A DNA stretch of 64,000 nt from an uncultured Gammaproteobacteria bacterium (GCA_964507055.1 CAZDOJ010000001.1:13210-77209); one strand, 5' to 3'; numbered from the stretch's first letter, positions 1-10,165 are shown. The notes: generated by a model from the letters alone, not told the origin. A program made the numbers and translations.

Positions 1-530
1 TGTAGATTGGTAAAGCCATTATCATTGCGGATATCACCGCAGACAGATTGGATCCATGGGTGTAAATTATTAATTCCGAAATTAATATTGATGATGTTCC
101 CACTTGCTGGAGGTGTTGGAGTTACTGCTGAAACAATTCCAAAGTTAAAGCTATTTGATGTTGTATTTCCACTTCCTGTAACGGTCATACAGCGAGTAGG
201 TCCTTGTGTTGTTGTCATGGTATATCCACTTGGAACTGTCGGCATGGCAATACAAAATGTTCCACTGCCATTCATTTGTACATTGTAATTTCCTGAAGCA
301 TTTGTTGTCCCTGCTATTGTCGCTCCAGTGTTTTGATTATTCATTCGTACAGTAGCTCCTGCATATCCAGATTCTCCAGTATCTTTTGTGCCGTTGCTGT
401 TTGTATCTATAAAAACGGAACCAGTATAAATATTTATATTTGTGGCTTGTGCATTTGCCCAATGCACGACCGAAAATCCAACAGAGAAAAGAATAAGAAG
501 ACTTACTGAAAATGAAGCAAAGCGGACCAT
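1..530 (-). CDS. Secreted Cna-B/SdrD-B-like repeat surface protein. The CDS is partial; its C-terminal part lies upstream of the window start.
   Basis: A minus-strand ATG at 530-528 is followed by a signal-peptide-like N-terminus 'MVRFASFSVSLLILFSVGFSVVHWANA'. Next comes a Thr/Asn/Gly-rich segment 'IDTNSNGTKDTGESGYAGATV...TTNASGNYN', typical of SdrD-B/Cna-B-type folds. The reading frame is open to position 1, and the ORF track omits it because it is truncated. Confidence 0.5.
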   Translation of the reverse strand, partial: MVRFASFSVSLLILFSVGFSVVHWANAQATNINIYTGSVFIDTNSNGTKDTGESGYAGATVRMNNQNTGATIAGTTNASGNYNVQMNGSGTFCIAMPTVPSGYTMTTTQGPTRCMTVTGSGNTTSNSFNFGIVSAVTPTPPASGNIININFGINNLHPWIQSVCGDIRNDNGFTNL

Positions 531-581
531 AATGTATTCGTATTATCAGTATAGATTATGTGAAGAAACAATACAAAATAT

Positions 582-1328
582 TTATTGACAGCTTGCTCCT
601 CGTGCTCCGTTTGTGTCACATCCTGGTCCGACCGTAACTTGGAAAGAGGCAGGGGGACCATTCAATGGATACGTAATTGCGTATCCTGGGGGGAGGGAAG
701 TATATGAAATTGTCACTGTTCCAGCAGCAAGGTTGGAAATTGTAAATGTTCCATCGGTATTATTTGTTACAGTTCCTCGGGATGCAGTAATTGATGGTGT
801 TCCATTATAGTTTGCTTCACCATTATCCTTATATCCGTTTTTATTCGTATCACTATAAACTGATCCAGCAATTGTATAGACTACTTGTGATGGTGTAGGC
901 GTTGCTGTTGGTGCTGCTGGTGGAGGGAATCCTACATTCATAATAAGATTGCCACAGTTATTCGGGGTGTTACTACATCCTCCATTTGCTTGAAAACTTT
1001 TTGATTGCGACGTTGTTCTGCCATCAGGTAACCGGACCGTAGCTGTGCATGTCGTAAGAGGCATTTGTCCGAGATTAAAACTTCCTGTGGCATCAACTGT
1101 GGTTGTTCTATTTGCATATCCTGAACAGACAGCAGTTATTGTTGTTCCTATTGCTGGAGTATCTATACCACTGTCATAACTGATGATACTTCCTCCACGC
1201 TCATACCATATACGGCCATAGATTTCATTTGTTGCAGCAAAGGCATATTCAGATGAAAAAATTGCGATGGATAAGGGAAAGAACAATAAAAAGATGAAGG
1301 TGAGTTTCCTTAAATGAAACTTATGCAT
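582..1328 (-). CDS. Secreted SdrD-B/Cna-B-like repeat protein.
   Basis: The N-terminal hydrophobic signal is 'LTFIFLLFFPLSIAIFSSEYAFA'. The body is T/N/G-rich with a 'SDTNKNGYKDNGEANYNGT...TNNTDGTFTISNL' segment characteristic of SdrD B-like Ca-binding domains. Confidence 0.55.
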   Translation of the reverse strand: MHKFHLRKLTFIFLLFFPLSIAIFSSEYAFAATNEIYGRIWYERGGSIISYDSGIDTPAIGTTITAVCSGYANRTTTVDATGSFNLGQMPLTTCTATVRLPDGRTTSQSKSFQANGGCSNTPNNCGNLIMNVGFPPPAAPTATPTPSQVVYTIAGSVYSDTNKNGYKDNGEANYNGTPSITASRGTVTNNTDGTFTISNLAAGTVTISYTSLPPGYAITYPLNGPPASFQVTVGPGCDTNGARGASCQ

Positions 1329-1380
1329 ATAAATATACTAGCATACGTATTGGTATTTACATTTTGTTTCAAAAGGTTTT

Positions 1381-3600
1381 CTATTGTCCTGGTTGTGTGG
1401 ATATTTCTCGGATGAAAAGATTGTAATCAATTTGGTTAACATCATTATCATCGTTTAAGTCAGACTTTACACTCTTTTCCGCCAATGCACAGTTTGCAGC
1501 GGCGGTAAGATCACTGTAGCAATCAAGGATTGAATTGTAGTCAAGGATATCAAGTCTGTTGTCATTATTTACATCTCCTGCGACAAGCGGGATTGATGTG
1601 ATCTTATTCTTTTGTCCCGAATTAATTTTCTGAACACCATTCACTTGTCGTCTCAAATATGTGTCTGCCTTCACCTTCATTGTGTATTGACCACTTGGGA
1701 AACCACTTTGGATAGGGATATCTCCGAGGTAATTTCCAGTGCTTGGATTATAGGTAATTGTTCCTGTTCCACTTGCGATGAGTTGATTATTTAGTGTAAA
1801 CACCTGGACGTCAGCTCCGATTGTTGGATGCTTCGGATCTTTGTTACTCAAGGAGTAGTCATTTGGATTTGTGTTGTCTCCACGATTACCAATCCCATCA
1901 AGGAAGACCGTTACATCAATTGTCGTTGTGTTCTCAGGAAGGTTTGGATCGTATGTATTTGGATTTCTTGGATCACTATCGATATGGCAAACTGGATCTC
2001 CGCCGTCAATTAATCCATCACCATTATTATCTTTAGAATCACCGCATGTATTTCCACCGCCTCGTTCACCATCTTTCTTCGGATCATATGAATTAGGATT
2101 CTTTGGATTGCCATCCGTGTGACATGTTGAATCAGCCGCATCTTTGAATCCATTATTGTCATTATCAATCCCGTCTGAGCATCGTGCCTTATCTGTATTT
2201 CCGAAGTGCTTATCATTTGATTGACTTGCGTTGGTTACATTAATTGCATATCCTGAAGGATCTGTTGGCAATGTTTGTGTCCAACCTGATTTCATTTGTT
2301 GTGACAACTTGTATGAACCGTCACAAAGTCCTGTAAATGTGTAATTTCCATTTGTGTCAGTTGTTGCAGTTTTTGTTCCTGCACTTGAAGTTGCTTGAAT
2401 AGTCCAACCTGAAAGTTTCGGCTCATTTGTATCAAATGCACCATTCATATTTGCATCGCTGAAGACAAACCCACCAAGCAATCCTTTACCGATTAACTTA
2501 GAGATTTCCTGATACACACCATCCAATTCACTTGGAGCAGGGAAGTAGAATTTACCACCTGTGAGCTCTGCAACTTGTCTCATGTAATCAGCAGAGAAGA
2601 ATTTGCTATCACCTTGTGCTGCCTCATCACCCAAACCGATTGTAAAGAAAACTGTCTTATTTGCAGCAAAGCCACTCTTTACGGCAGCCAATGCCTTTGC
2701 TTCACCTTCAGCAGCGGGTACTTGTTGGTTATTACCAATAATGTAATTTGCTTGACCATCTGTAAGCATGACTACAACTTTTTTGACCCCTGGTCGGCCT
2801 TTGGATGTAATTTCTTTATTTGCTTCAGCGATACCACATTCCTGACATGTATTTCCGCTTGCTGTCAGTGCATCGACTTTCGTTTTAATAGAATTGTAAT
2901 CAGTGGTAAGTGTGCTACTTAATGTACTATTTGTTGAGAAAGAAACCATACCTATTCTGGTTGTTTCTTCTTGGCCCGCTACAACATCAATAAAATTCTT
3001 TGCAGCATTCTTTGCTTGAACTAATTTATTTGCTTGTCCCATCGAACCTGATCTATCAATAACGAGGATGACGTCTGTCGTGACATTACCACACGTTGCC
3101 GGAACATCTGTTGAAACCTGTGCTGGCTGAGCAAGAGCATTTTGGCATGTTCGTGCTTCATAGGTTGCGGTTCGTTGTTCTGTTTGTGTAGGAGCGTCGG
3201 TATAATCAACTGTAAATGTCACTGTTCCAGCTGCGACAGAAGTTTTTCCTGAGGGGATAGTACTAGTTTTCGTTTCTTCCGGAGCAATTGTCCCTAGTGA
3301 AACTGTTTTTCCAGTGACTTCATCTTTGGCAGTAACTTCGATAGAACGTGATTTGTCGACATTAGTGTATGAAACGCCAACTTCAACTTCACCAGCAGCT
3401 GTACACTGTGATTGGCTTGATTGGAGAACAACTTGTCCTGAAAGTTCTTGATTTGCTGAAGGTTGTACAACTTGTGCTCGTCCACGAAGTTCTTGTTGCT
3501 CACGGAGATTATTTACAATGAGTGGGAGAACAATCATCGCGTATGCGATTCCCACAACCGTCAATGAAATAACTTTCCTTCTGTCTTTGAATCTTCTCAT
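1381..3600 (-). CDS. Membrane-anchored vWA-domain surface protein with an SdrD-B-like domain, Cys-rich Asp/Asn Ca-binding-type repeats and a C-terminal dockerin-like module.
   Basis: There is an N-terminal TM helix 'ISLTVVGIAYAMIVLPLIV' and a vWA MIDAS motif 'DVILVIDRSGSMG'. 'GGFVFSDANMNGAFDTNEPKLSGWTI...TDTNGNYTF' matches SdrD-B. The repeats 'CSDGIDNDNNGFKDAADSTC' and 'CGDSKDNNGDGLIDGGDPVC' are thrombospondin-type-3-like. The C-terminal paired Ca-loop segments 'DVNNDNRLDILDYNSIL' and 'DLNDDNDVNQIDYNLFI' form a dockerin type I signature. Confidence 0.65.
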   Translation of the reverse strand: MRRFKDRRKVISLTVVGIAYAMIVLPLIVNNLREQQELRGRAQVVQPSANQELSGQVVLQSSQSQCTAAGEVEVGVSYTNVDKSRSIEVTAKDEVTGKTVSLGTIAPEETKTSTIPSGKTSVAAGTVTFTVDYTDAPTQTEQRTATYEARTCQNALAQPAQVSTDVPATCGNVTTDVILVIDRSGSMGQANKLVQAKNAAKNFIDVVAGQEETTRIGMVSFSTNSTLSSTLTTDYNSIKTKVDALTASGNTCQECGIAEANKEITSKGRPGVKKVVVMLTDGQANYIIGNNQQVPAAEGEAKALAAVKSGFAANKTVFFTIGLGDEAAQGDSKFFSADYMRQVAELTGGKFYFPAPSELDGVYQEISKLIGKGLLGGFVFSDANMNGAFDTNEPKLSGWTIQATSSAGTKTATTDTNGNYTFTGLCDGSYKLSQQMKSGWTQTLPTDPSGYAINVTNASQSNDKHFGNTDKARCSDGIDNDNNGFKDAADSTCHTDGNPKNPNSYDPKKDGERGGGNTCGDSKDNNGDGLIDGGDPVCHIDSDPRNPNTYDPNLPENTTTIDVTVFLDGIGNRGDNTNPNDYSLSNKDPKHPTIGADVQVFTLNNQLIASGTGTITYNPSTGNYLGDIPIQSGFPSGQYTMKVKADTYLRRQVNGVQKINSGQKNKITSIPLVAGDVNNDNRLDILDYNSILDCYSDLTAAANCALAEKSVKSDLNDDNDVNQIDYNLFIREISTQPGQ

Positions 3601-3603
3601 ATG

Positions 3604-4812
3604 CTAGTCACCGTTCTGAACGGAGAGTTCTCGTAAGAATAAATTGTAGTCAAAACTATTCACGACACCATTATCATCGATATCAACATTTTCAACTGGT
3701 GTATGTGCTTTACATTCTTCCGTATTAAATTTAGAATTTGCATCTGCGATAGGGAGGGGATTTAATTCTCCATATCCACAATCAAGCATTGCATTGTAAT
3801 CGATGACATTTAAGAAATTATCTCCATTAGAATCACCCGCGACGAGTTGTGTGTCTGGTAATGGATTCTCTTGATCTTTCTGAATCTGCTGAATGCCTGG
3901 AACAAGTCTTCGAAGGTATCGATCGGTTTTGACCTTAATATTGTAGTTGCCAGATTCGATATCTCCCAATCCCATCTTGCCGACAAATGTTCCGGATTCA
4001 CTATCATAGGTAACTGGAGCTGAAGCACTCGCGACAATTTGATTGTCTGTATTAAAAACTTCCACAAGAAGGTTTCTTTGTGGATGGACAGGATTCTTAT
4101 TACTCAAACTATTTCCTGTAGGATTTGGATTATCTCCAGCTGCTCCAACTCCATGCATAAAGAGTGTAAATGTCACAGATGTTCCTGTTATTGTTGGCTG
4201 TGGTACGAGTGTTGCACTTGGTGTGCCAGTTGCTTCACCATTAATGACAATTGTTGCAGGAGTTGTTGAAGAAAGAACATTTTGACTTGCTTGATCGTTT
4301 GCTCCAGAGGAAAGTGCTTGTGACATACTGCCGAACGTAACTGTTGTAGGAGTTCCATTGGTTGGACCAACGGCTGTGAAGTTCACTGTCGCAACTTTTG
4401 TCTTTGTTTGCACTGCTTTTGTAGGATCAGATCCTATACTTACGGATTGGGCAATAGCTTCTGCCGTTGTTACTGGACCTTCAACACTTGAAAAGACTGT
4501 TGAATTTAATGTAATTGGATTTGCAGTGTTGAGTTGGACTTTGGTTGGATCATAGGTGATTTGGTATTTAACGAAGGTAATGAGGTTTGTTCCCGGATCA
4601 ACAGTAATATCGAGGGCGATAGGATCTCCAACATTTTTCGTCAATGGAGCTGCTGTCGTTGATGAAGGCTCAAAAGAAAGCGTTGTAGAGCCTGCTGCTT
4701 TTTGTCGTATGTCTTGTCTTTGAGAAAGTATGGAGATCGTTAATGGGATAGTAAGAAGTACTGCAACAGCAGCGACAATTAGAAAAATTTTCTTCTTATT
4801 TGAAGTGTTCAT
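3604..4812 (-). CDS. Secreted or anchored cohesin-like plus dockerin-like protein.
   Basis: The N-terminal anchor is 'IFLIVAAVAVLLTIPLTISIL'. The central segment 'ALDITVDPGTNLITFVKYQITYDPTKVQL' is cohesin-like. The C-terminal duplicated Ca-binding segments 'DSNGDNFLNVIDYNAML' and 'DIDDNGVVNSFDYNLFL' give a dockerin signature. It is adjacent and same-strand with the previous gene. Confidence 0.5.
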   Translation of the reverse strand: MNTSNKKKIFLIVAAVAVLLTIPLTISILSQRQDIRQKAAGSTTLSFEPSSTTAAPLTKNVGDPIALDITVDPGTNLITFVKYQITYDPTKVQLNTANPITLNSTVFSSVEGPVTTAEAIAQSVSIGSDPTKAVQTKTKVATVNFTAVGPTNGTPTTVTFGSMSQALSSGANDQASQNVLSSTTPATIVINGEATGTPSATLVPQPTITGTSVTFTLFMHGVGAAGDNPNPTGNSLSNKNPVHPQRNLLVEVFNTDNQIVASASAPVTYDSESGTFVGKMGLGDIESGNYNIKVKTDRYLRRLVPGIQQIQKDQENPLPDTQLVAGDSNGDNFLNVIDYNAMLDCGYGELNPLPIADANSKFNTEECKAHTPVENVDIDDNGVVNSFDYNLFLRELSVQNGD

Positions 4813-4952
4813 ATATTACTTTATTTTACGACCGCTAGACACCATAATGCGGCGTAATTTAATCGTATAGAAGAACTAGGTTGGTGTCAAGAAGTTTTTG
4901 CTGTTGGTTTTGTCTCTTTTCAAAGTGCAAGTGACGTGTTACACTTTTCGTG

Positions 4953-5522
4953 ATGATTTTATCTGACGGAGATATCAAAAAAGCCCTCGCCAGCAAGCGA
5001 ATTGTTATCAAGCCAGCTCCCAATTTGGATGAGCAATTAGGTTCGTGTTCTATTGATTTACGCCTTGGAAAAGAATTCCGAGTCTTTGATCACAGCAAAC
5101 ATCCATTCATCGATCCTTCCAAAAAAGACTACAGTAATGAGATAACCAAAGTTGTAAAAGTAAATAAAGATGGAGACTTTATCATGCAGCCTGGCGAATT
5201 TGTTCTTGCTGTAACTTTGGAAAATGTGAAGATTCCATCGGATATGATGGGACGACTTGAGGGACGATCTTCACTTGGTCGTTTGGGATTGGTAGTTCAT
5301 TCAACAGCATCTACTTTTGATGCAGGTTGGGACGGAAAACCAGTACTCGAATTAGGTAATCTTGGGCGAATGGCAATTAAATTAACCCCTGGGATGAGAA
5401 TTTGTGCAATGGTTTTTGAAGAACTGACATCACCAGCTGAAACTCCATATACCAGTAAGAAATTTGCTAAGTACAAATTTCAGCAAGCACCGGAAGAGAG
5501 TAGAATCCACGAGGATAAATAA
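4953..5522 (+). CDS. dcd: dCTP deaminase.
   Basis: 'MILSDGDIKKAL...', 'CSIDLRLG' and 'LELGNLGRMAIKLTPGMRICAMVF' match the dCTP deaminase/dUTPase beta-barrel family. The ORF track begins at a GTG one codon upstream, so the ATG at 4953 was chosen. A 'TGTTACACT' -10 box lies 7 nt upstream. Confidence 0.8.
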   Translation: MILSDGDIKKALASKRIVIKPAPNLDEQLGSCSIDLRLGKEFRVFDHSKHPFIDPSKKDYSNEITKVVKVNKDGDFIMQPGEFVLAVTLENVKIPSDMMGRLEGRSSLGRLGLVVHSTASTFDAGWDGKPVLELGNLGRMAIKLTPGMRICAMVFEELTSPAETPYTSKKFAKYKFQQAPEESRIHEDK

Positions 5523-5600
5523 AGCTTTGTCATTCCGAGTTTATTTCGGAATCTTCGTAAAGTAGATCCTGAAGCAAGTTCAGGATGACATTTTTACTAT

Positions 5601-6281
5601 ATGTCATACAATATCTCACTTGATTTAGACTTCAAAAGAAATCCACATAAAGGGAGATATTTTGCCTTAGAAGGAATTGATGGAAGTGGCAAAACTTACC
5701 AGACAGATGCACTGACTCAGTATTTTCAGAAGAAAGGTAAAGAAGTAATCGTTGCCCGAGAGCCTCGAAAAGAACACGGCGTCCTGCATGAAGTTATTGC
5801 AAACGTGTTACTCGGAAAAATCAAAATGTCTCCATTGGCTTTGCAATACTTATTTACTGCAGATCGTATCCTCAACCAAGAAGAAACAATCATTCCCGCA
5901 CTTAAGGATGGAAAGATCGTCATTGCGGATAGATCATTTTGGTCAATTATCCCGTACGCTTTATCGGATTTGAAATTGGATTTTACGACAGACGCAACCA
6001 ATTTTATGTTGATGGGTCAGGGGATTTTATCGTCGTATCACCAGACAGTCATTCCGGATAAGATTTTATTTTTGGACATTTCAGTTGATACTGCAATGGA
6101 ACGATTGTCCGGCAAATCCGAAGCAAAGGAAATTTATGAGAAGCGAAGTAAAATCGAAAAACATCACAAAGGATATCATTGGCTTCTCGAACATTATGCT
6201 GATCAATTCTCAATAATCGATGGAGAATGTTCACAAAAAGAAGTAACTGAAAAGATTGTTAAGGAATTACGCAACCAATGA
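5601..6281 (+). CDS. tmk: Thymidylate (dTMP) kinase.
   Basis: It has the P-loop 'ALEGIDGSGKTYQ', the DRS/DRY-type motif 'IADRSFWSIIPYA', and a lid region. Confidence 0.75.
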   Translation: MSYNISLDLDFKRNPHKGRYFALEGIDGSGKTYQTDALTQYFQKKGKEVIVAREPRKEHGVLHEVIANVLLGKIKMSPLALQYLFTADRILNQEETIIPALKDGKIVIADRSFWSIIPYALSDLKLDFTTDATNFMLMGQGILSSYHQTVIPDKILFLDISVDTAMERLSGKSEAKEIYEKRSKIEKHHKGYHWLLEHYADQFSIIDGECSQKEVTEKIVKELRNQ

Positions 6282-6967
6282 AGGGAAAATTAATTGTCAT
6301 CGAAGGGATCGATAGTTCAGGAAAAACAACACAGCTCAAACTACTTCAGCAGCATCTCGAAATAAATAAGATTGCATTTCAAACCGTCGACTTCCCGCAA
6401 TACCAAACATCATTTTATGGCAAAATGATTGCGCGTTTTTTACGTGGAGAATTCGGTCCGTTGCATTATGTGAGTCCATACATTATTTCAGTGATCTATG
6501 CACAAGATCGGGGAAGGGCAAAAGAAGAAATGTATCGGTGGTTGGATGAGGGCCAATTCGTTTTATCAAATCGCTATGCTACATCGAGTATGGCTCACCA
6601 GACTGGACGTTTCCCGATTCGTCAACGGAACGCTTTCGTCAAATGGCTTGAGGAATTGGAATATAAAGAAGTAGGGATTCCTCGCGAAGATATTGTTTTG
6701 TTCCTTGATGTTCCAATTAAAACTGCACAAAAATTAATGCGTAATGATAATCGCATTCAAGAGTATAGAAAAGGTGCAAAAAAAGATATGGTAGAAAAGA
6801 ATAAAGAGTACTTACAGCATTCTGCAGATACATACGAGTGGCTCACCAAAAAATTTCCTCACTGGATCCGGATCAAATGTACAAATAAAAAAGGTGAGAT
6901 GAAAAGTCGCGAAGAGATCCATGAACTTATCAAAAAAACACTTGCAAAGAAGGGCATTATCAAGTAG
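6278..6967 (+). CDS. Second thymidylate-kinase-family (d)NMP kinase paralog.
   Basis: It has the P-loop 'VIEGIDSSGKTTQ' and 'LSNRYATSSMAHQ' (a DRY-like motif). It overlaps the upstream tmk by 4 nt, indicating translational coupling. Its substrate specificity is unknown. Confidence 0.6.
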   Translation: MKGKLIVIEGIDSSGKTTQLKLLQQHLEINKIAFQTVDFPQYQTSFYGKMIARFLRGEFGPLHYVSPYIISVIYAQDRGRAKEEMYRWLDEGQFVLSNRYATSSMAHQTGRFPIRQRNAFVKWLEELEYKEVGIPREDIVLFLDVPIKTAQKLMRNDNRIQEYRKGAKKDMVEKNKEYLQHSADTYEWLTKKFPHWIRIKCTNKKGEMKSREEIHELIKKTLAKKGIIK

Positions 6968-6984
6968 AGTAGAGAAATAAATTT

Positions 6985-7524
6985 ATGATCCTCAGTCCCA
7001 AAACATTACTCGAATTGGTTGAAAAAGAAAAGCTTGTTGAAAACCTTTCAGAGCGAGAATTAAGCAATCCTGAAGGAACAGGGTTTGATTTGCGTCTTGG
7101 TGAAGTCTTCAAGATTTCAGGAAGTGCATTTCTCGGCGAGACTCACAGAAAAACTCCAGATATCGAATCAGTCATGGTCTACGATGAAAAAAAACCACAG
7201 GCAATTAAGATTGCACCAGGCGATTTCTTTCTCGTCAAAACAATTGAAAAGATAAATCTTCCAATAGATCTCTCAGCAGTTATTTTGCCAAGAACAACGA
7301 CATTTCGATCAGGACTTTTCATCCGTACGGGTCCAATTCAACCAGGATATTCTGGTGAATTAACATTTGGTTTGAAAAACGAAGGACCTGTGACAGTTGA
7401 AATTGAGATGGGTGCACGTTTTGTCCACCTCATCTTCCACGAAATTAAAGGCGAAGGTAGCCAATACCGCGGCCAATGGCAAGGCGGACGTGTGTCTGCA
7501 ACAAAGGTTGAGAAACAGGTGTAA
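6985..7524 (+). CDS. Second dCTP deaminase/dUTPase-family paralog.
   Basis: The motifs 'GFDLRLGEVFKI' and 'GPIQPGYSGELTFGLKNEG' are diagnostic of the dCTP deaminase/dUTPase fold. It is roughly 30 percent identical to the first dcd. Confidence 0.65.
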   Translation: MILSPKTLLELVEKEKLVENLSERELSNPEGTGFDLRLGEVFKISGSAFLGETHRKTPDIESVMVYDEKKPQAIKIAPGDFFLVKTIEKINLPIDLSAVILPRTTTFRSGLFIRTGPIQPGYSGELTFGLKNEGPVTVEIEMGARFVHLIFHEIKGEGSQYRGQWQGGRVSATKVEKQV

Positions 7525-7577
7525 TTGATTCTTCTAATAAGCGATGCAGTAACTATCGTGCTAGCTTCAATGTTATA

Positions 7578-8303
7578 ATGTATGAGATGGCGGAGCGATT
7601 AACACAAGGTAATCGAATTCAAGATTGGGCAATTGCTTTTAAACATCTTGGATTTAAGGCTCAAGCTGAGAAATTGTCTACAGATAGATTGAAAGGGTTT
7701 CGAGAGTTAGAAAGACTTAATCTTCCTCGTTATCGTAGTACAACACTTCCCTTAACAACTTTCTTAGATGAACCGGAAATGCATTTTAATAAATTAGATG
7801 CTAATAAGTATTGGATAAACCTTCCTCCAATTAATCCATCTCTCCAACGTTTTCGTCAAATTGATCTTTCTCGAAAGGATGTAACAACTTTTATAGAAGA
7901 AAATATTCCTACTCACCAAATATCAAATTATAATTTACATCTTTCAGAATATGTTAAAAATTTATATGGTGGTAACATTGTCGTATCAAAAGATGGTCTA
8001 AATGTTTCTATTGAAATGGGAGATGGAGTGCAAAGTCCGATTGCTACTGGGGAAAAGACACCTACATATATTACTAATAGAGATCCTTTTACTGGCATTT
8101 TTAAATATTCCTTTGAAGATAATGATTTGAGGAGAGCTGTATGGAGAACAATTTCTGCTATTCCACATGATGGAGAAGCTCGAGACATGAAATTTCTGCC
8201 TGGATATTATGAATTTATTTTAGCTCACAGAGATTCTACAAAAGCACTTGAACCAATATTTCTTGATTATAGTTCGAGCTCAATCTATCAAATGTCTGAA
8301 TGA
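7578..8303 (+). CDS. Hypothetical protein embedded in the thymidylate cluster.
   Basis: It is a long ORF in a conserved operon position between the dcd-like gene and thyA. No motif was recognised. Confidence 0.4.
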   Translation: MYEMAERLTQGNRIQDWAIAFKHLGFKAQAEKLSTDRLKGFRELERLNLPRYRSTTLPLTTFLDEPEMHFNKLDANKYWINLPPINPSLQRFRQIDLSRKDVTTFIEENIPTHQISNYNLHLSEYVKNLYGGNIVVSKDGLNVSIEMGDGVQSPIATGEKTPTYITNRDPFTGIFKYSFEDNDLRRAVWRTISAIPHDGEARDMKFLPGYYEFILAHRDSTKALEPIFLDYSSSSIYQMSE

Positions 8304-8352
8304 ATATTTTCCCACTTGAAACATCGCTTCAAAAAAGGTTATAAATAACACT

Positions 8353-9312
8353 ATGAAAGCCCCTATAAAACACCCTGAATACCAATACCTCGATTTGCTC
8401 CAAGAAGTTCTTGATGATGGGATCAAAAATGTCGATCGTGGAACTGGTGCGGTTTCATATAGTGTTTTCGGACGACAGACTCGCTACGATTTGTCCAAAG
8501 GATTTCCACTTTTAACGACAAAGAAAGTGTATTGGAAAGGCGTTTTGCATGAACTGTATTGGTTCATGGCAGGTATGTCCAATATCAAATACCTCGTCGA
8601 TAACAATGTCCACATATGGGATGATTATCCATTCAAGATGTATAGCCAAAAGAATAAAAAACAATTAACCAAAGAAGAATTTGTCGCGAAGATTGCAGAA
8701 GATGATAAGTTCGCGACAAAATGGGGGAATCTTCCAAAGATTTATGGCGAATCGTGGAGACGCTGGCCGACTCGAACAAATAGGACTATTGATCAACTCG
8801 GTTGGGTTATTCAGGAATTAAAAGATGATCCTGATGCACGTAATTTAATTGTGAATTCTTGGAATCCAGAATACCTTTATACGATGGCAACAATCGAAGA
8901 TGCTTCACGATTCCCGATCTGTCACAATATGTATCAAGTCAGTCAAAAGGGTGGCAAATTATCGTTACAATTGTATCAACGAAGTGCAGACCTCTTTCTC
9001 GGAGTTCCATTTAATATCGCAAGTTATGCATTGCTCACAATTATTCTTGCAAAGATTACTGGTTATGAACCAGGCGAGTTCGTTCATACTTTTGGCGATG
9101 CTCATATCTATGAGAATCACATCCCACAAGTGAAAGAAGAATTGTCACGTAAACCAAAAGATTTCCCAACAATTACGATTGATCCGTCTGTGAAGAAACT
9201 TGATGATTTCCGTCCAGAACATGTGACACTCAATAATTATGATCCGCATCCGGTTCTTCGTGGAGAATTGACTGTCGCTGGCGGTTTGTTTGAAGGAAAG
9301 AAAAAGAAATAA
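8353..9312 (+). CDS. thyA: Thymidylate synthase (ThyA type).
   Basis: 'LLTTKKVYWKGVLHELYWFMAG', 'NLIVNSWNP', the catalytic Cys in 'PICHNMYQ' and 'DAHIYENH' are all canonical ThyA motifs. Confidence 0.9.
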   Translation: MKAPIKHPEYQYLDLLQEVLDDGIKNVDRGTGAVSYSVFGRQTRYDLSKGFPLLTTKKVYWKGVLHELYWFMAGMSNIKYLVDNNVHIWDDYPFKMYSQKNKKQLTKEEFVAKIAEDDKFATKWGNLPKIYGESWRRWPTRTNRTIDQLGWVIQELKDDPDARNLIVNSWNPEYLYTMATIEDASRFPICHNMYQVSQKGGKLSLQLYQRSADLFLGVPFNIASYALLTIILAKITGYEPGEFVHTFGDAHIYENHIPQVKEELSRKPKDFPTITIDPSVKKLDDFRPEHVTLNNYDPHPVLRGELTVAGGLFEGKKKK

Positions 9313-9674
9313 TGAAGATATTTATCAGTCATTCCACCAAAGGCAATTTTGAAGAAGAGTTATATATCCCGCTCCAAAATTCTGAACTCAATGATAAGCA
9401 CGAATTGATTTTTCCTCATGAGACAGGCAATGAAATAGAAATAAAAGATGTGATCCGTGATTGTGATTTGGTACTTGCTGAGGTAAGTGATCCGACTTTT
9501 GAGCAAGGTTTGGAACTCGGATGGGCGAGTGGAGCGTATGTTACAACGATTTGCTTTTATAAAAATGGTATAGAGCCATCTCCTTTGTTAGCAAAGGTTT
9601 CTGAAAATATCAATGCGTATGGAACGCTGGAAGATATGGTGAAGAAAGTTCAAGAAGCAGCTGACGCATTATGA
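9312..9674 (+). CDS. Nucleoside 2-deoxyribosyltransferase-like (Rcl/DNPH1-like) protein.
   Basis: 'DCDLVLAEVSDPTFEQGLELGWASGAYVTTICFY' matches the NDT-superfamily pattern (a hydrophobic strand, an acidic residue, a short loop, then the 'ELG.A...gkpvi' pattern). The start overlaps the thyA stop (ATGA). Its location in the dTMP cluster supports a deoxynucleotide function. Confidence 0.5.
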   Translation: MKIFISHSTKGNFEEELYIPLQNSELNDKHELIFPHETGNEIEIKDVIRDCDLVLAEVSDPTFEQGLELGWASGAYVTTICFYKNGIEPSPLLAKVSENINAYGTLEDMVKKVQEAADAL

Positions 9675-10165
9675 TTTCAATTATTGCCGCAATCGATGAT
9701 AAAAGAGGACTAGGGAAAAATGGAGATTTACTTTTCCGCATCAAAGATGATTTACAAAGACTTCGTGTAATCACCAAAGGACATCCTCTTGTCATGGGAC
9801 GAAAAACATTTGATTCATTTCCCGGATTACTTCCAAATCGAACACACATTGTCGTAACTCGGAATCCAAATGCTTATGATAATACTGATATAAAACCACA
9901 TGTTATTGTCTCTTCACTTGAAGAGGGAATTGCTGCAGCGAAGGAAGCTGAAGGATCTGATGAGATCTTTGTATTTGGTGGAGGACAAATCTTTACAGAG
10001 GCAGTCGAGAAAAGTTTAGTGGACCGTTTATATTTAACGATTGTCAAAGGAGATTTCGGAGCCGATACATTCTTCCCAGACTATTCTATGTACACAAAAG
10101 AAATCGAAAAAGAAGAGAAAGAAGGGGAAGGATTCAAGTATACATTTTTAACTTTGGAAAAGTAA
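9671..10165 (+). CDS. folA: Dihydrofolate reductase.
   Basis: 'MISIIAAIDDKRGLGKNGDL', 'LVMGRKTFDS' and 'VFGGGQIF' are DHFR signatures. It overlaps the upstream gene by 4 nt. Confidence 0.8.
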   Translation: MISIIAAIDDKRGLGKNGDLLFRIKDDLQRLRVITKGHPLVMGRKTFDSFPGLLPNRTHIVVTRNPNAYDNTDIKPHVIVSSLEEGIAAAKEAEGSDEIFVFGGGQIFTEAVEKSLVDRLYLTIVKGDFGADTFFPDYSMYTKEIEKEEKEGEGFKYTFLTLEK

